This document shows, piece by piece, positions 37,860 through 46,586 of a DNA stretch of 64,000 bases. This DNA comes from an uncultured euryarchaeote (GTDB lineage: Archaea > Thermoplasmatota > Poseidoniia > Poseidoniales > Poseidoniaceae), in assembly GCA_937899865.1 (NCBI GenBank), contig CALBRH010000044.1, forward strand, positions 78,981 to 142,980, in the 5' to 3' direction. A program made the translations under genes and the position numbers. A model generated the notes under the pieces. The model saw only the letters and a program-made list of their open reading frames with translations, was not told the origin of the DNA and made no database searches. The stretch's first letter is position 1, and the number at the start of each line of letters is the position of its first letter.

Positions 37860-39635
37860 ATGGCGAATGAATTGGGCAGGAAGGTTATTCATCGCTATTT
37901 ATATGCCAGAAGTTGGGCATTAGGGGATAGGAAATCTCCCTTGGCATCAACTCCTTGCATGATTAAATTAAACGGTGATTGTGATTTGAGCGAACAATTA
38001 GCACCATTTAGTGCAATTACTGATAATGAAATACCGCAAACCTTGACAATCAATGCCAATTTACCTCTTTCCCCACCTAACTTCGACAATAATTCACCAG
38101 TTTTCTCTACTAAAATCGGGCATGTACTGCCTCCTTCATTGGACGAAGCAGATGCTGGAGAATCTGCAGGCCAAGGTGGATTGTTACCGGTATCTTGGCA
38201 ACGATTAAATCACGATTCCACATTGATGAATTTAGATACTGAACCGAGTATAATTGTCTTAGTCGATGCGGTACAACTTGCAACTCAACAGAGGAAGTTA
38301 GTTGATGCTTTGTGTGTGATAAAGAATCGATTTCCAGGTTCGTTAATCTGGACTCCTGGGTTAGGCGGTCCGGATAATGTAGCAGTGTTAACATGGTTTG
38401 GCGTAGATATCTTTGATTTGTCCAGATCTCGACAATGTGCAGCATCTAATATCTTACTCACAGGCTTGGGTCCACGTGAGTTAGCAGAAAACGCGTCAGA
38501 AAGTGCAGAAATAGAATCACAAGTCGTACAATGGCAATTGGCAATAAATGAGGTTAAGTCAAGATTGGCAAATGGGACACTGAGAACTCTTGTAGAACAG
38601 CAATCACTTAACAGTCCAAGTCTTGTCGAGCATTTAAGATACCACGATAAGATTGTAAGAGGCAATCCTAACGTTGGAATTTCACATGTGTCAAAGGAAA
38701 CAATTCTTCATTGTAATTCTCACGCTTCATTAAGTAATCCTATAGTTACGAAATGGGTTGATTTCATGGTCAATAAATATCAGGTGCCGGAAAATCTTGA
38801 CAATATTTTGATTTTGCTGCCATGTTCTGCGAGAAAACCATATCGTATGTCAAAATCTCACAGAAAATTTCTCGATGCAATCGGAAATAGTGCTTTCCAT
38901 GAAGTGATGGTTACTTCACCTTTAGGATTAGTTCCAAGAGATTTAGAAGAAGTTTGGCCAGCTTCACATTATGATATTCCAGTTACCGGTGAGTGGAGCC
39001 TTGATGAGATAGATAGAACTCAAAAAATGTTAGAATCATTAATCAATAAGCATCATTATCATACAGTAATCAATCATTCATCAATGTCATTTGATCTTGA
39101 AGGTGTTGATTATTATGAAACTCGAAAAGGACTTGCTGCGACTTCAAGAGAAGCGCTAAGTCAACTTAGAGAAACTGTTTCAGAGGTGTCTAAAAATCAT
39201 CAATTTAGAAACAGAAAACATCACAAGATTTTGCTAGATAATTTCAACAGTATTGCGAGATATAAGATGGAAAATCATTCTTGGTTAAGAAATGTTAGTG
39301 TCCGTGGCAAACCACCATTCTGGAGAATTGAATTGGAAGGAAAACAAATCGCTTTGTGGTCAAATGATAGAAGAGGGTTTTCTCTTGCTAAATCATCTAT
39401 TCCAATATTGTTAGAAAACTCTTCACTTAAGAAAATACATCTAAAGGAGGATGTTTCATGGAAAGGAGATATATTTTCCAATATAGTTGAAAGTTTTGAT
39501 GCTGGAATAAATTCTGGTGATGACTTGCTAGTAATGCAAAATTCACAAGCAATAGGTCTGGCAAGAGCAACTGCATCAGGATGGGAATGGTCAACAACAC
39601 CAGGTATGATTGCTAAAGGCCATCAGCGCTTGTAG
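37860..39635 (+). CDS. arcS: Archaeosine synthase subunit alpha (ArcS): degenerate TGT domain, DUF5591 region, PUA domain
   Basis: LTWFGVDIFD, LPCSARKPY..SKSH, TSPLGLVPRDLE, HYDIPVTGEW and a PUA-like C-terminus. Confidence 0.85.
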   Translation: MANELGRKVIHRYLYARSWALGDRKSPLASTPCMIKLNGDCDLSEQLAPFSAITDNEIPQTLTINANLPLSPPNFDNNSPVFSTKIGHVLPPSLDEADAGESAGQGGLLPVSWQRLNHDSTLMNLDTEPSIIVLVDAVQLATQQRKLVDALCVIKNRFPGSLIWTPGLGGPDNVAVLTWFGVDIFDLSRSRQCAASNILLTGLGPRELAENASESAEIESQVVQWQLAINEVKSRLANGTLRTLVEQQSLNSPSLVEHLRYHDKIVRGNPNVGISHVSKETILHCNSHASLSNPIVTKWVDFMVNKYQVPENLDNILILLPCSARKPYRMSKSHRKFLDAIGNSAFHEVMVTSPLGLVPRDLEEVWPASHYDIPVTGEWSLDEIDRTQKMLESLINKHHYHTVINHSSMSFDLEGVDYYETRKGLAATSREALSQLRETVSEVSKNHQFRNRKHHKILLDNFNSIARYKMENHSWLRNVSVRGKPPFWRIELEGKQIALWSNDRRGFSLAKSSIPILLENSSLKKIHLKEDVSWKGDIFSNIVESFDAGINSGDDLLVMQNSQAIGLARATASGWEWSTTPGMIAKGHQRL

Positions 39636-39712
39636 CATCGTTTTAACTAATGGCTAATATGCGGAGTGGTTAATAATGAGAGGCAAGTCGCAAGGATGCT
39701 TGAGTGGTTATC

Positions 39713-40171
39713 ATGGCACGTATGTACAAATCAAGAAGAGGTAAGAGTGGTTCTTCAAAACCATATGTAACAGAAGCCCCTGAATGGTCTAATACCAATT
39801 CTGACGAGGTTACTAATCTTGTTGTTGAATTAGGTAAAGCAGGCCATTCAACTGCTGTAATTGGTACTATAATGAGAGACCAACATGCAGTTCCAGATGT
39901 AAGATTGGTCACTGGTAAGAGAATCGGTGCTATACTTGCAGAAAATGACATTGGTGGTAGTTATCCTGAAGATATGATGAATCTAATGAGACAAGCGGCC
40001 AGAATCATCGAGCATTTGGGAAGTGGCAATCACAAAGATCTTCACAACAAAAGGTCATTAGAGATTACCGAAGCTAAAATTCGAAAACTTGCAAGTTACT
40101 ATATCTCAGAAGGTAAACTTCCTTCGGAGTGGAGATATAAGAGAGACGAGTTACGACTAATGGTCGAGTGA
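39713..40171 (+). CDS. rps15: 30S ribosomal protein S15 (uS15, archaeal type)
   Basis: MARMY..RRGKSGS, PEDMMNL, HKDLHNKRSL and YY...GKLP..WRY motifs. Confidence 0.97.
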   Translation: MARMYKSRRGKSGSSKPYVTEAPEWSNTNSDEVTNLVVELGKAGHSTAVIGTIMRDQHAVPDVRLVTGKRIGAILAENDIGGSYPEDMMNLMRQAARIIEHLGSGNHKDLHNKRSLEITEAKIRKLASYYISEGKLPSEWRYKRDELRLMVE

Positions 40172-40189
40172 TTGATATAACATATAGAA

Positions 40190-40213
40190 AAACAACTACC
40201 AAGCGGGTTGTTT
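40190..40213. promoter_or_regulatory. Inverted repeat AAACAAC-N10-GTTGTTT after rps15 (hairpin or operator)
   Basis: Perfect 7-bp arms directly downstream of a TATAGAAA box and 7 nt before ATG 40221. Confidence 0.3.
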
Positions 40214-40220
40214 GATAAGT

Positions 40221-41120
40221 ATGGATGACATCATCGAAACTGAGTTATTTCGGGATGTAAAAGAGCGTATTTTGAAGATTGTTGAATCTATCAAAAATGC
40301 AGATAACGTGGCAATTTTTGCTACTGCAGACTTGGACAGCATTGTTTCTTTAGCGTTTTTAGAATCCGCTATGGTTGACGCAAAAATACCATACAGTAGA
40401 AAAATCTTGAAATCGACTCAAAATCAACCAAAAGGTGAAGAATACAATTTTGCTTCCTCATCATCTGTTGTGGTTAGTGTAGAACAGTTTGAAGATACTT
40501 GGACTCATAATGAAATTGATGATAAAGGACGTCTTAGGATAGTTCCACTTGCTGTATCCGTTTCACATCCTAATTCAGAAAAACAGCATCAAGGGGCTCT
40601 TGATGTTGTTGTGCAGTGTGCTGCAATAGCATCAATGATTGCACCTAATGGTAATAGAGTTAGACGTTTACGTTCATTAGCAGGTAGTGGGCAATGGCTA
40701 CGTAATTCCTTAGACAATTCATATGACCCTGTCTACACAAAAATACGTGATATTTTACAAAATGAAGGGTCAATTAGAATCTTACCACTTCCAGAGTTAG
40801 AATCACCAATTACAGAAATGATACCTGATTTTCCTGATTCCTTACTTCGGAGGCTTACTAAAAAGTGGCCCAAAATGGATTTTGAACAAAGGAGACAAGC
40901 AATGAGTGAACTTGCTCTACCTACGCTAACTAATCAAAAAATTTCAACACCAAGATTAGAAGAATTAATCTGGTTTAGAATAATTATTGGTGACAATGTA
41001 AAAGATTTACATAGTCAAATACATCTTGCAAAATCACGATGGCCAACCGATGAAGGTGACTGTAAATCACATTCAGCAACAGTTCTAAAGTCCTTGATTT
41101 CTAACGGCGAGCTAATTTAA
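40221..41120 (+). CDS. Degenerate DHH/RecJ-like protein
   Basis: Position after rps15 matches a common euryarchaeal gene order; ADLDSIVS resembles DHH motif I; no DHH triad visible. Confidence 0.45.
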   Translation: MDDIIETELFRDVKERILKIVESIKNADNVAIFATADLDSIVSLAFLESAMVDAKIPYSRKILKSTQNQPKGEEYNFASSSSVVVSVEQFEDTWTHNEIDDKGRLRIVPLAVSVSHPNSEKQHQGALDVVVQCAAIASMIAPNGNRVRRLRSLAGSGQWLRNSLDNSYDPVYTKIRDILQNEGSIRILPLPELESPITEMIPDFPDSLLRRLTKKWPKMDFEQRRQAMSELALPTLTNQKISTPRLEELIWFRIIIGDNVKDLHSQIHLAKSRWPTDEGDCKSHSATVLKSLISNGELI

Positions 41121-41163
41121 TTGGAGTCGATGAATTCAAACCATATGGCTACCTCGGCGGTCT

Positions 41164-41514
41164 ATGGCCATAGAGCGATTACTAACTGGTAGTATCAAAG
41201 ACCAAATCAAGGATCTTATGTCGACAGAAGATTTGGTAATTGAAGCATTTAGAGACTTAGTAAAAGATGAACTTAAGTTGCATATTCGAAATAAGGTTGA
41301 TTCAGACCCAGAATTGAAAGAGGAAATAAAAGAAGCAGTATCTTATTATTTTCAATCAAAAGCGCGTTCCATTTATGCAGAGCTGAAAGCAACTAGAGCG
41401 GCTACAAGACTTGGTTTGCGATTGCTTCCTGATGATTTACAGGGTGAAGTTGGAGAAGCGTTGGTTTCATTATTTGAAAAAGAACTTGGAACTTTGCTTG
41501 AAAAGGCACTTTGA
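41164..41514 (+). CDS. Hypothetical all-helical protein
   Basis: 116-aa ORF, amphipathic helices, TTCAAA box 29 nt upstream. Confidence 0.7.
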   Translation: MAIERLLTGSIKDQIKDLMSTEDLVIEAFRDLVKDELKLHIRNKVDSDPELKEEIKEAVSYYFQSKARSIYAELKATRAATRLGLRLLPDDLQGEVGEALVSLFEKELGTLLEKAL

Positions 41515-41536
41515 CGATTAAATTATTCATTATAAT

Positions 41537-43648
41537 TTGACATTTTTACTCACATACAATAGAGTAAATTATGAGGTTGGAGTTTTTGGTCGGTTTGTGT
41601 TGGGCAAATTCTCGGGGCGTATAGCACAAATCGCTCTTGTTTTGATGATGATTTCAATTCCTTTTTCATCAGGGATAATAAATAGTGTTGAAGCCGAATC
41701 AACAGTTGTTTGTTGTGATGATGCTCATTCTGTCGATTTGTATCTAATTGGAGGCTCAACTGGTGAGTTGTCACCATTTTCTCAGTTACTAGAAGATGAG
41801 GCAAGTAATGCAGTAATTGCAAACTCGATAACATCACAAGAAACAGTCGGTGTTTGGAGCCTAGGTCGTGTTTGGCCAGGTTCAATTCCTGAGTCAAACT
41901 GGGATTTCGTCATGAATTATCGTGTCAGTGATGCAGGAGGCGCTCAGATTAATGCTACTGCAACTATTAAGATCGGTTCACAAGTGTTTTCTGATTCAAC
42001 AAATTTGGAATCCTCTGTTTTAGCTCAAGGCGAAGGTCAAATTGAATTCTCAATACCAGTAGAGGAGATGTCTGTTTCAGCATCTAGTGAAATTGAACTT
42101 GAGCTAAGCGCTCGTTCGGTGGTTTTTAGTGTTCCTGGCGGAGATGCAGAGTTGGAATTTTTATGGGGTTCTGAAGACTTTGCTTCTAGTGTTAGCGCTG
42201 AGATTCCACTGATGGAATTATCTATCGATGAACCTCAAATTGAAGGTGGTGACATCTATCTTTCAGCAATAATAGATTCACCGTTTGGATTAGATGCATT
42301 GGCCTATTCTGATTCGATAGAAATGTTAGTTGATGGTCTAAAAGTTGATGGTGACCCAATTGAAACCAAGCGTGGAGATTCAATTGTCGTAACATGGACT
42401 TGGGTTGATGCAATGACTGGCACAAATAATGTTCAAGTTTCAGTTAAATTAAATCTTCAAACTGATGGCCCATTAATCCAAGGTTCTACTCAGTTTACCA
42501 TTGAAGTCACTGATACTGGAGGAGGAACTGGAACATTCTATCCTGATGATGAACCACTAAGAACTAGTGGGGTTGGTAGTCCATTGTCAATAGAACAACT
42601 AATTGATTTATCCAGTGACGATGGTAATCTTAAATTGGCAAAAACAACAATGTTAGAGATTGATGGCGAGATGGCATTTTGGATGAGATGGGGAATGGAT
42701 CACATCGGTGACAATGATTTGTCTACTAATTCAGTTCTGTTTGGATGGGATGCTGGCGGAGTTGCAGAAGAAGATCGTGAAAGTCGAAATATCGAAAATG
42801 TTGAGAAAGAGCAGTTTGAAAGGGAAATGAAAACAAGATTTCGTACATACATGAGTGATATCAACGGAATGCAGTTACTTAGCAAAGAATTGATTGGCGA
42901 TTCGAGTGACTTTGATACAATTTCAGTTTCTGTAGATTTGATGGGTGAGTCGCGTGTAGTAAACCATCCTTTGATACTAACCTTTTCAACTCTACAAACG
43001 CTACAAAGCGGTGAACAATTTGAATTATTGAGAAGTTTTATTAAAACTCAAACAACTCCAATTTGGCAAGATTATTCAATTTCGGTAGAAGCAAAATCGT
43101 CAGTACTAACATCATTTGGTGATTCAGATTTATTAGAATCTAATGACCTTTCTTTTTCACATTCAAGATATCCTTGGGGCGAGGTTATTAAATTAGAATC
43201 ATCTTCAACAAGTTTGGATGAAGATTTTACAATTATTGTCTACCCCAATGACAACCTTTTGTTTAGCCCAATGCCATTAACAATAATTACATTGATTATT
43301 GTACTATTTGGTTTCTTTAGTTCAATGTCAATTACTCGTAATAAGCATAGAAGATTCTTGATGCTTGAATTAATACTGATGCCAGTGGTAGCATTGATTT
43401 ACATTTTCTCTTATCCTACAATTTTTGTGTTAGGTTCATCCGGTGGTGCCTCATTATTGTGGATAATTACTGCATTTGTAAGTCCAAAGCGTTTGCAAAT
43501 AGTGGAACAAAGCGAACCTGAAGAACTGGTTGATGTGCCAACAATAACTTGTCCTTCTTGTCAAACCGCAATTCCAGTACTAAGTGATGAAAGGCCACTA
43601 AAAGTAGCCTGTGCTGGTTGTGGAAAAACCATCAAAATTGTTGGATAA
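41537..43648 (+). CDS. Hypothetical multi-pass membrane protein with an extracellular domain and a C-terminal zinc ribbon
   Basis: Signal helix, three C-terminal TM segments, CPSCQ ... CAGCG; the true start is probably downstream (about 41597-41600). Confidence 0.7.
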   Translation: MTFLLTYNRVNYEVGVFGRFVLGKFSGRIAQIALVLMMISIPFSSGIINSVEAESTVVCCDDAHSVDLYLIGGSTGELSPFSQLLEDEASNAVIANSITSQETVGVWSLGRVWPGSIPESNWDFVMNYRVSDAGGAQINATATIKIGSQVFSDSTNLESSVLAQGEGQIEFSIPVEEMSVSASSEIELELSARSVVFSVPGGDAELEFLWGSEDFASSVSAEIPLMELSIDEPQIEGGDIYLSAIIDSPFGLDALAYSDSIEMLVDGLKVDGDPIETKRGDSIVVTWTWVDAMTGTNNVQVSVKLNLQTDGPLIQGSTQFTIEVTDTGGGTGTFYPDDEPLRTSGVGSPLSIEQLIDLSSDDGNLKLAKTTMLEIDGEMAFWMRWGMDHIGDNDLSTNSVLFGWDAGGVAEEDRESRNIENVEKEQFEREMKTRFRTYMSDINGMQLLSKELIGDSSDFDTISVSVDLMGESRVVNHPLILTFSTLQTLQSGEQFELLRSFIKTQTTPIWQDYSISVEAKSSVLTSFGDSDLLESNDLSFSHSRYPWGEVIKLESSSTSLDEDFTIIVYPNDNLLFSPMPLTIITLIIVLFGFFSSMSITRNKHRRFLMLELILMPVVALIYIFSYPTIFVLGSSGGASLLWIITAFVSPKRLQIVEQSEPEELVDVPTITCPSCQTAIPVLSDERPLKVACAGCGKTIKIVG

Positions 43649-44068
43649 TTACAACTTCAGTTTTTTCAAAGATCTAACAATTGCCCGACTTTCCTTGTAA
43701 TCACTTGGTGAAAAGTACCCTCTGAATTCACCATTTTCATCGACAGCAACTACAGCTTGTGGTGAACGCTGCCTAATTTGTTTCAATACTTTTGATAATT
43801 CTTCTGAAAGTTTAATCTCCATGAAATCCATTTCCATATGTTCGCCACAAGTAGCTGTTTTGGTATCAATTTCTTTATCGATAGCAATCAATAATTGTTT
43901 GTAACCAAGAACTCCTTTAACTTTAGAATCATCATCAAGCACAACAAGAATTCCTCCTGGGACAGTAAGCAATCTCCTTGCTGCTTCTTGAAGTGTGTCA
44001 TTTACTCCTGCTGTAATATGTTCGTCGTTTAAATCCAAATCTGCGACTGTCTTGATTTCCTTCGACAT
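43649..44068 (-). CDS. Stand-alone CBS domain pair protein
   Basis: DTLQEAARRL ... LVVLDDDSKVKGVL and VVAVDENGEFRGYF. Confidence 0.8.
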   Translation of the reverse strand: MSKEIKTVADLDLNDEHITAGVNDTLQEAARRLLTVPGGILVVLDDDSKVKGVLGYKQLLIAIDKEIDTKTATCGEHMEMDFMEIKLSEELSKVLKQIRQRSPQAVVAVDENGEFRGYFSPSDYKESRAIVRSLKKLKL

Positions 44069-44103
44069 TGATTAGTCGTAGGTGATAAGAGATTTGATAC
44101 TTC

Positions 44104-45825
44104 CTAATTGTGAGTGAAAATAACTTTATTATTTTCTGCAATTATTCCGTATCCTATCCTTTCAAGTTGAACTGATGTTCCCAATTTTATCTGATGGGAT
44201 TCTAATCTACCTTCGATAGAAAGCAATTGACCATCCTTGACTAATTCAAGTTTGGAACTATCGGAGCTGTTTTGTGAAACCCAATGAATGATTTTACGCT
44301 TATCAGTTCGCTCTTTTGAAACAAATGTGGCTACTTTGCCATCAATATCAAAATCACCAAACTCTTTCAATCTTAATGCAGAATGTTGTAAATCTTCACG
44401 TTCAATATAGACGATTGGATTACTCAAATCAATTACTCTTGAACCCATTTCTGTATGGTTTGGATGTGTTGGAATTGTAATATTGTTTTCATTGATTCCT
44501 ACCAATGATATCTCAACTGGATCTCTAATAAATGCAATACGTGGTGCATTATCATCAATGACCTTGATGTTATGTGAGTACAAAGTTGCTAATGGTACAG
44601 CAATGTCCTTTTGAGTGACTCCTAATTCAACCCAGAAACTCCTTAGAGCACTTGCTTGAATTCCAGTACCACTAAGACCAGCAATAGTCGGCAAACGTGG
44701 ATCTGACCAGCCACTAAATTTTCCTTCCTCAATGTCTTTGCGCATTTGAGATGTTGAGAATCCACCCCATTCGTGAACTTTTACTCTTCCCCAATACATT
44801 GTTTCTGGATATTTCCAACCAAAGTGCTCATACAGCAATGTTTGCTTTCTTGTTGAATCCATAAGGTCTTTACCACGAATGATATGTGTGACGCCTTGTA
44901 AATGATCTTCAACAGCACTTTGGAAATCTAATAGGGGCCATACACGGTACTTTGAGGCAATATTTTCTCTTGGATGAGGGTTGGCAATTGTATCTTGGAT
45001 TCTCAGTGCAGGCCAGTCTCTAAGCGCTGGATTTTTTAGAGTCATATCTGTCTTGACTCTTACAACTGCATCGCCAGGATTGAATGTACCATCAAGCATT
45101 TTACTCCACAACTCTTTGTTGTAATTTACTTCATTGATTCGACATGGACAGTTGGTTTTACTGACTCTAAACTCTCGAAATGCCTCTGCACTACACTCGC
45201 AGACATAGCCAAAATCACCGTCGATCATTAAGTCAACATGTCGATAATATTCTTCAATTCGATCACTAGCAATAACAACTCTGTGAGGTTTGAATCCTAG
45301 TAACCATTCGGACTCTTGCTGTATGATGTCATAGGCTTCTACAAGAGGTGGTTTTACAGTTGTATCCGTGTCATCAAATCGAAGAATTAGCTCACCATCA
45401 TATTCTCTTGCGTATTCTCCATTGATTATAATGCCCCTTGCATGACCAAATGATAATGGTCCATTTGGATTAGGGGCAAAACGCAATACAACTTTTCCTT
45501 TGACAGCATTTGGTAATTCAGGTAATCCTTCTCGCTTAACTTGCTTTTCTCTTTCTTCAAGAAGTTCCGGAGCTTCATTTACTAGTATTTCTCGCAAATA
45601 ATCTAATCCTTCATCACTTGCTAACTTATTTGCTTGAGCAACTTTTTGTGCAATTAATGGACTCAAAACTTTACCATACTGTCTCAAATCCTGTCTAATA
45701 CTCATTAAGCGTCCTATGACTGAACCAGGAGCAGCTTTTCCAGAGTATTCTATGGCATTTTGAATAGCCATATGCCATAGCATAGTATCGGTTTCATCAT
45801 CCGGTGACCAATCCATGTCAAACAT
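44104..45825 (-). CDS. gltX: Glutamate--tRNA ligase (archaeal type)
   Basis: RFAPNPNG, LRFDDTD, LRDWPALRI, VTHIIRGKD, GWSDPRLPT and LERIGY. Confidence 0.97.
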   Translation of the reverse strand: MFDMDWSPDDETDTMLWHMAIQNAIEYSGKAAPGSVIGRLMSIRQDLRQYGKVLSPLIAQKVAQANKLASDEGLDYLREILVNEAPELLEEREKQVKREGLPELPNAVKGKVVLRFAPNPNGPLSFGHARGIIINGEYAREYDGELILRFDDTDTTVKPPLVEAYDIIQQESEWLLGFKPHRVVIASDRIEEYYRHVDLMIDGDFGYVCECSAEAFREFRVSKTNCPCRINEVNYNKELWSKMLDGTFNPGDAVVRVKTDMTLKNPALRDWPALRIQDTIANPHPRENIASKYRVWPLLDFQSAVEDHLQGVTHIIRGKDLMDSTRKQTLLYEHFGWKYPETMYWGRVKVHEWGGFSTSQMRKDIEEGKFSGWSDPRLPTIAGLSGTGIQASALRSFWVELGVTQKDIAVPLATLYSHNIKVIDDNAPRIAFIRDPVEISLVGINENNITIPTHPNHTEMGSRVIDLSNPIVYIEREDLQHSALRLKEFGDFDIDGKVATFVSKERTDKRKIIHWVSQNSSDSSKLELVKDGQLLSIEGRLESHQIKLGTSVQLERIGYGIIAENNKVIFTHN

Positions 45826-45860
45826 ACAGTCCTATGGTCGATACTTCATCAATTGAGTGG

Positions 45861-46580
45861 TTAAAATAGGGTAGTTTGGCCGCCACTTGAGACTAATCGA
45901 CTAGGCATCTCAGACTCATATTTTTCATCCCAAATTCGTTTTACTGTTGCCCATGACCAGCGCAAATCATCATGAGGCTTTTCATCAATCATTTTCCTAA
46001 CAGCATCAATTGTCTTACTATCGCTTGGGTAGCCAGAGCCGATTGGGAATCCAATTTGTTTTTCGATAGATTTGATTGCTTCATCACGTGCTTGCTTTGC
46101 GAGTATGCTTGCCATACCTACAATAGGATAATTTTCATCAGCCTTGTGATAACTATTGATTGCAGAATTATTCCAGGGCCATCCTTTAATCAATTGAGAA
46201 ATCCTTCTGCTAAACCTTTGTTCATCAACATCACACGCATCACAAATTATACTTACTTCAGAATTAGAATTAAAATCTAATTCATTTATTGATTCAGCGA
46301 ATAATTCAGTTTCTAATCGATTTAGGCCTTTGTCGTAAACTGCTATATCAATCCTTGATGGATGACACGGAATAAGGGCATAAGACCATCCTCTTTGCTC
46401 ACAATTTTGTAAAAACCACTTACGTATTTCTTCACGTTTTTTGGCAGTCAAATCTTTTGAATCTTTTACTCCAGCTTCAATCAGTAATTTCACATCATCC
46501 TTTGGCAAAGCTACACTACACACTACTAGTGGTCCAATCACTGGTCCTCTTCCAGCCTCATCAATACCAATTTCTATCAT
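45861..46580 (-). CDS. rnhB: Ribonuclease HII
   Basis: GIDEAGRGPVIGP, GVKDSK, HKAD, ASILAK and GSGYPSD. Confidence 0.96.
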   Translation of the reverse strand: MIEIGIDEAGRGPVIGPLVVCSVALPKDDVKLLIEAGVKDSKDLTAKKREEIRKWFLQNCEQRGWSYALIPCHPSRIDIAVYDKGLNRLETELFAESINELDFNSNSEVSIICDACDVDEQRFSRRISQLIKGWPWNNSAINSYHKADENYPIVGMASILAKQARDEAIKSIEKQIGFPIGSGYPSDSKTIDAVRKMIDEKPHDDLRWSWATVKRIWDEKYESEMPSRLVSSGGQTTLF

Positions 46581-46586
46581 TTTATC

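Noticed and set aside
45440-45490. GluRS HIGH motif reads SFGH
   Set aside because: Degenerate HIGH motifs are known in archaeal GluRS; the rest of the enzyme is intact.
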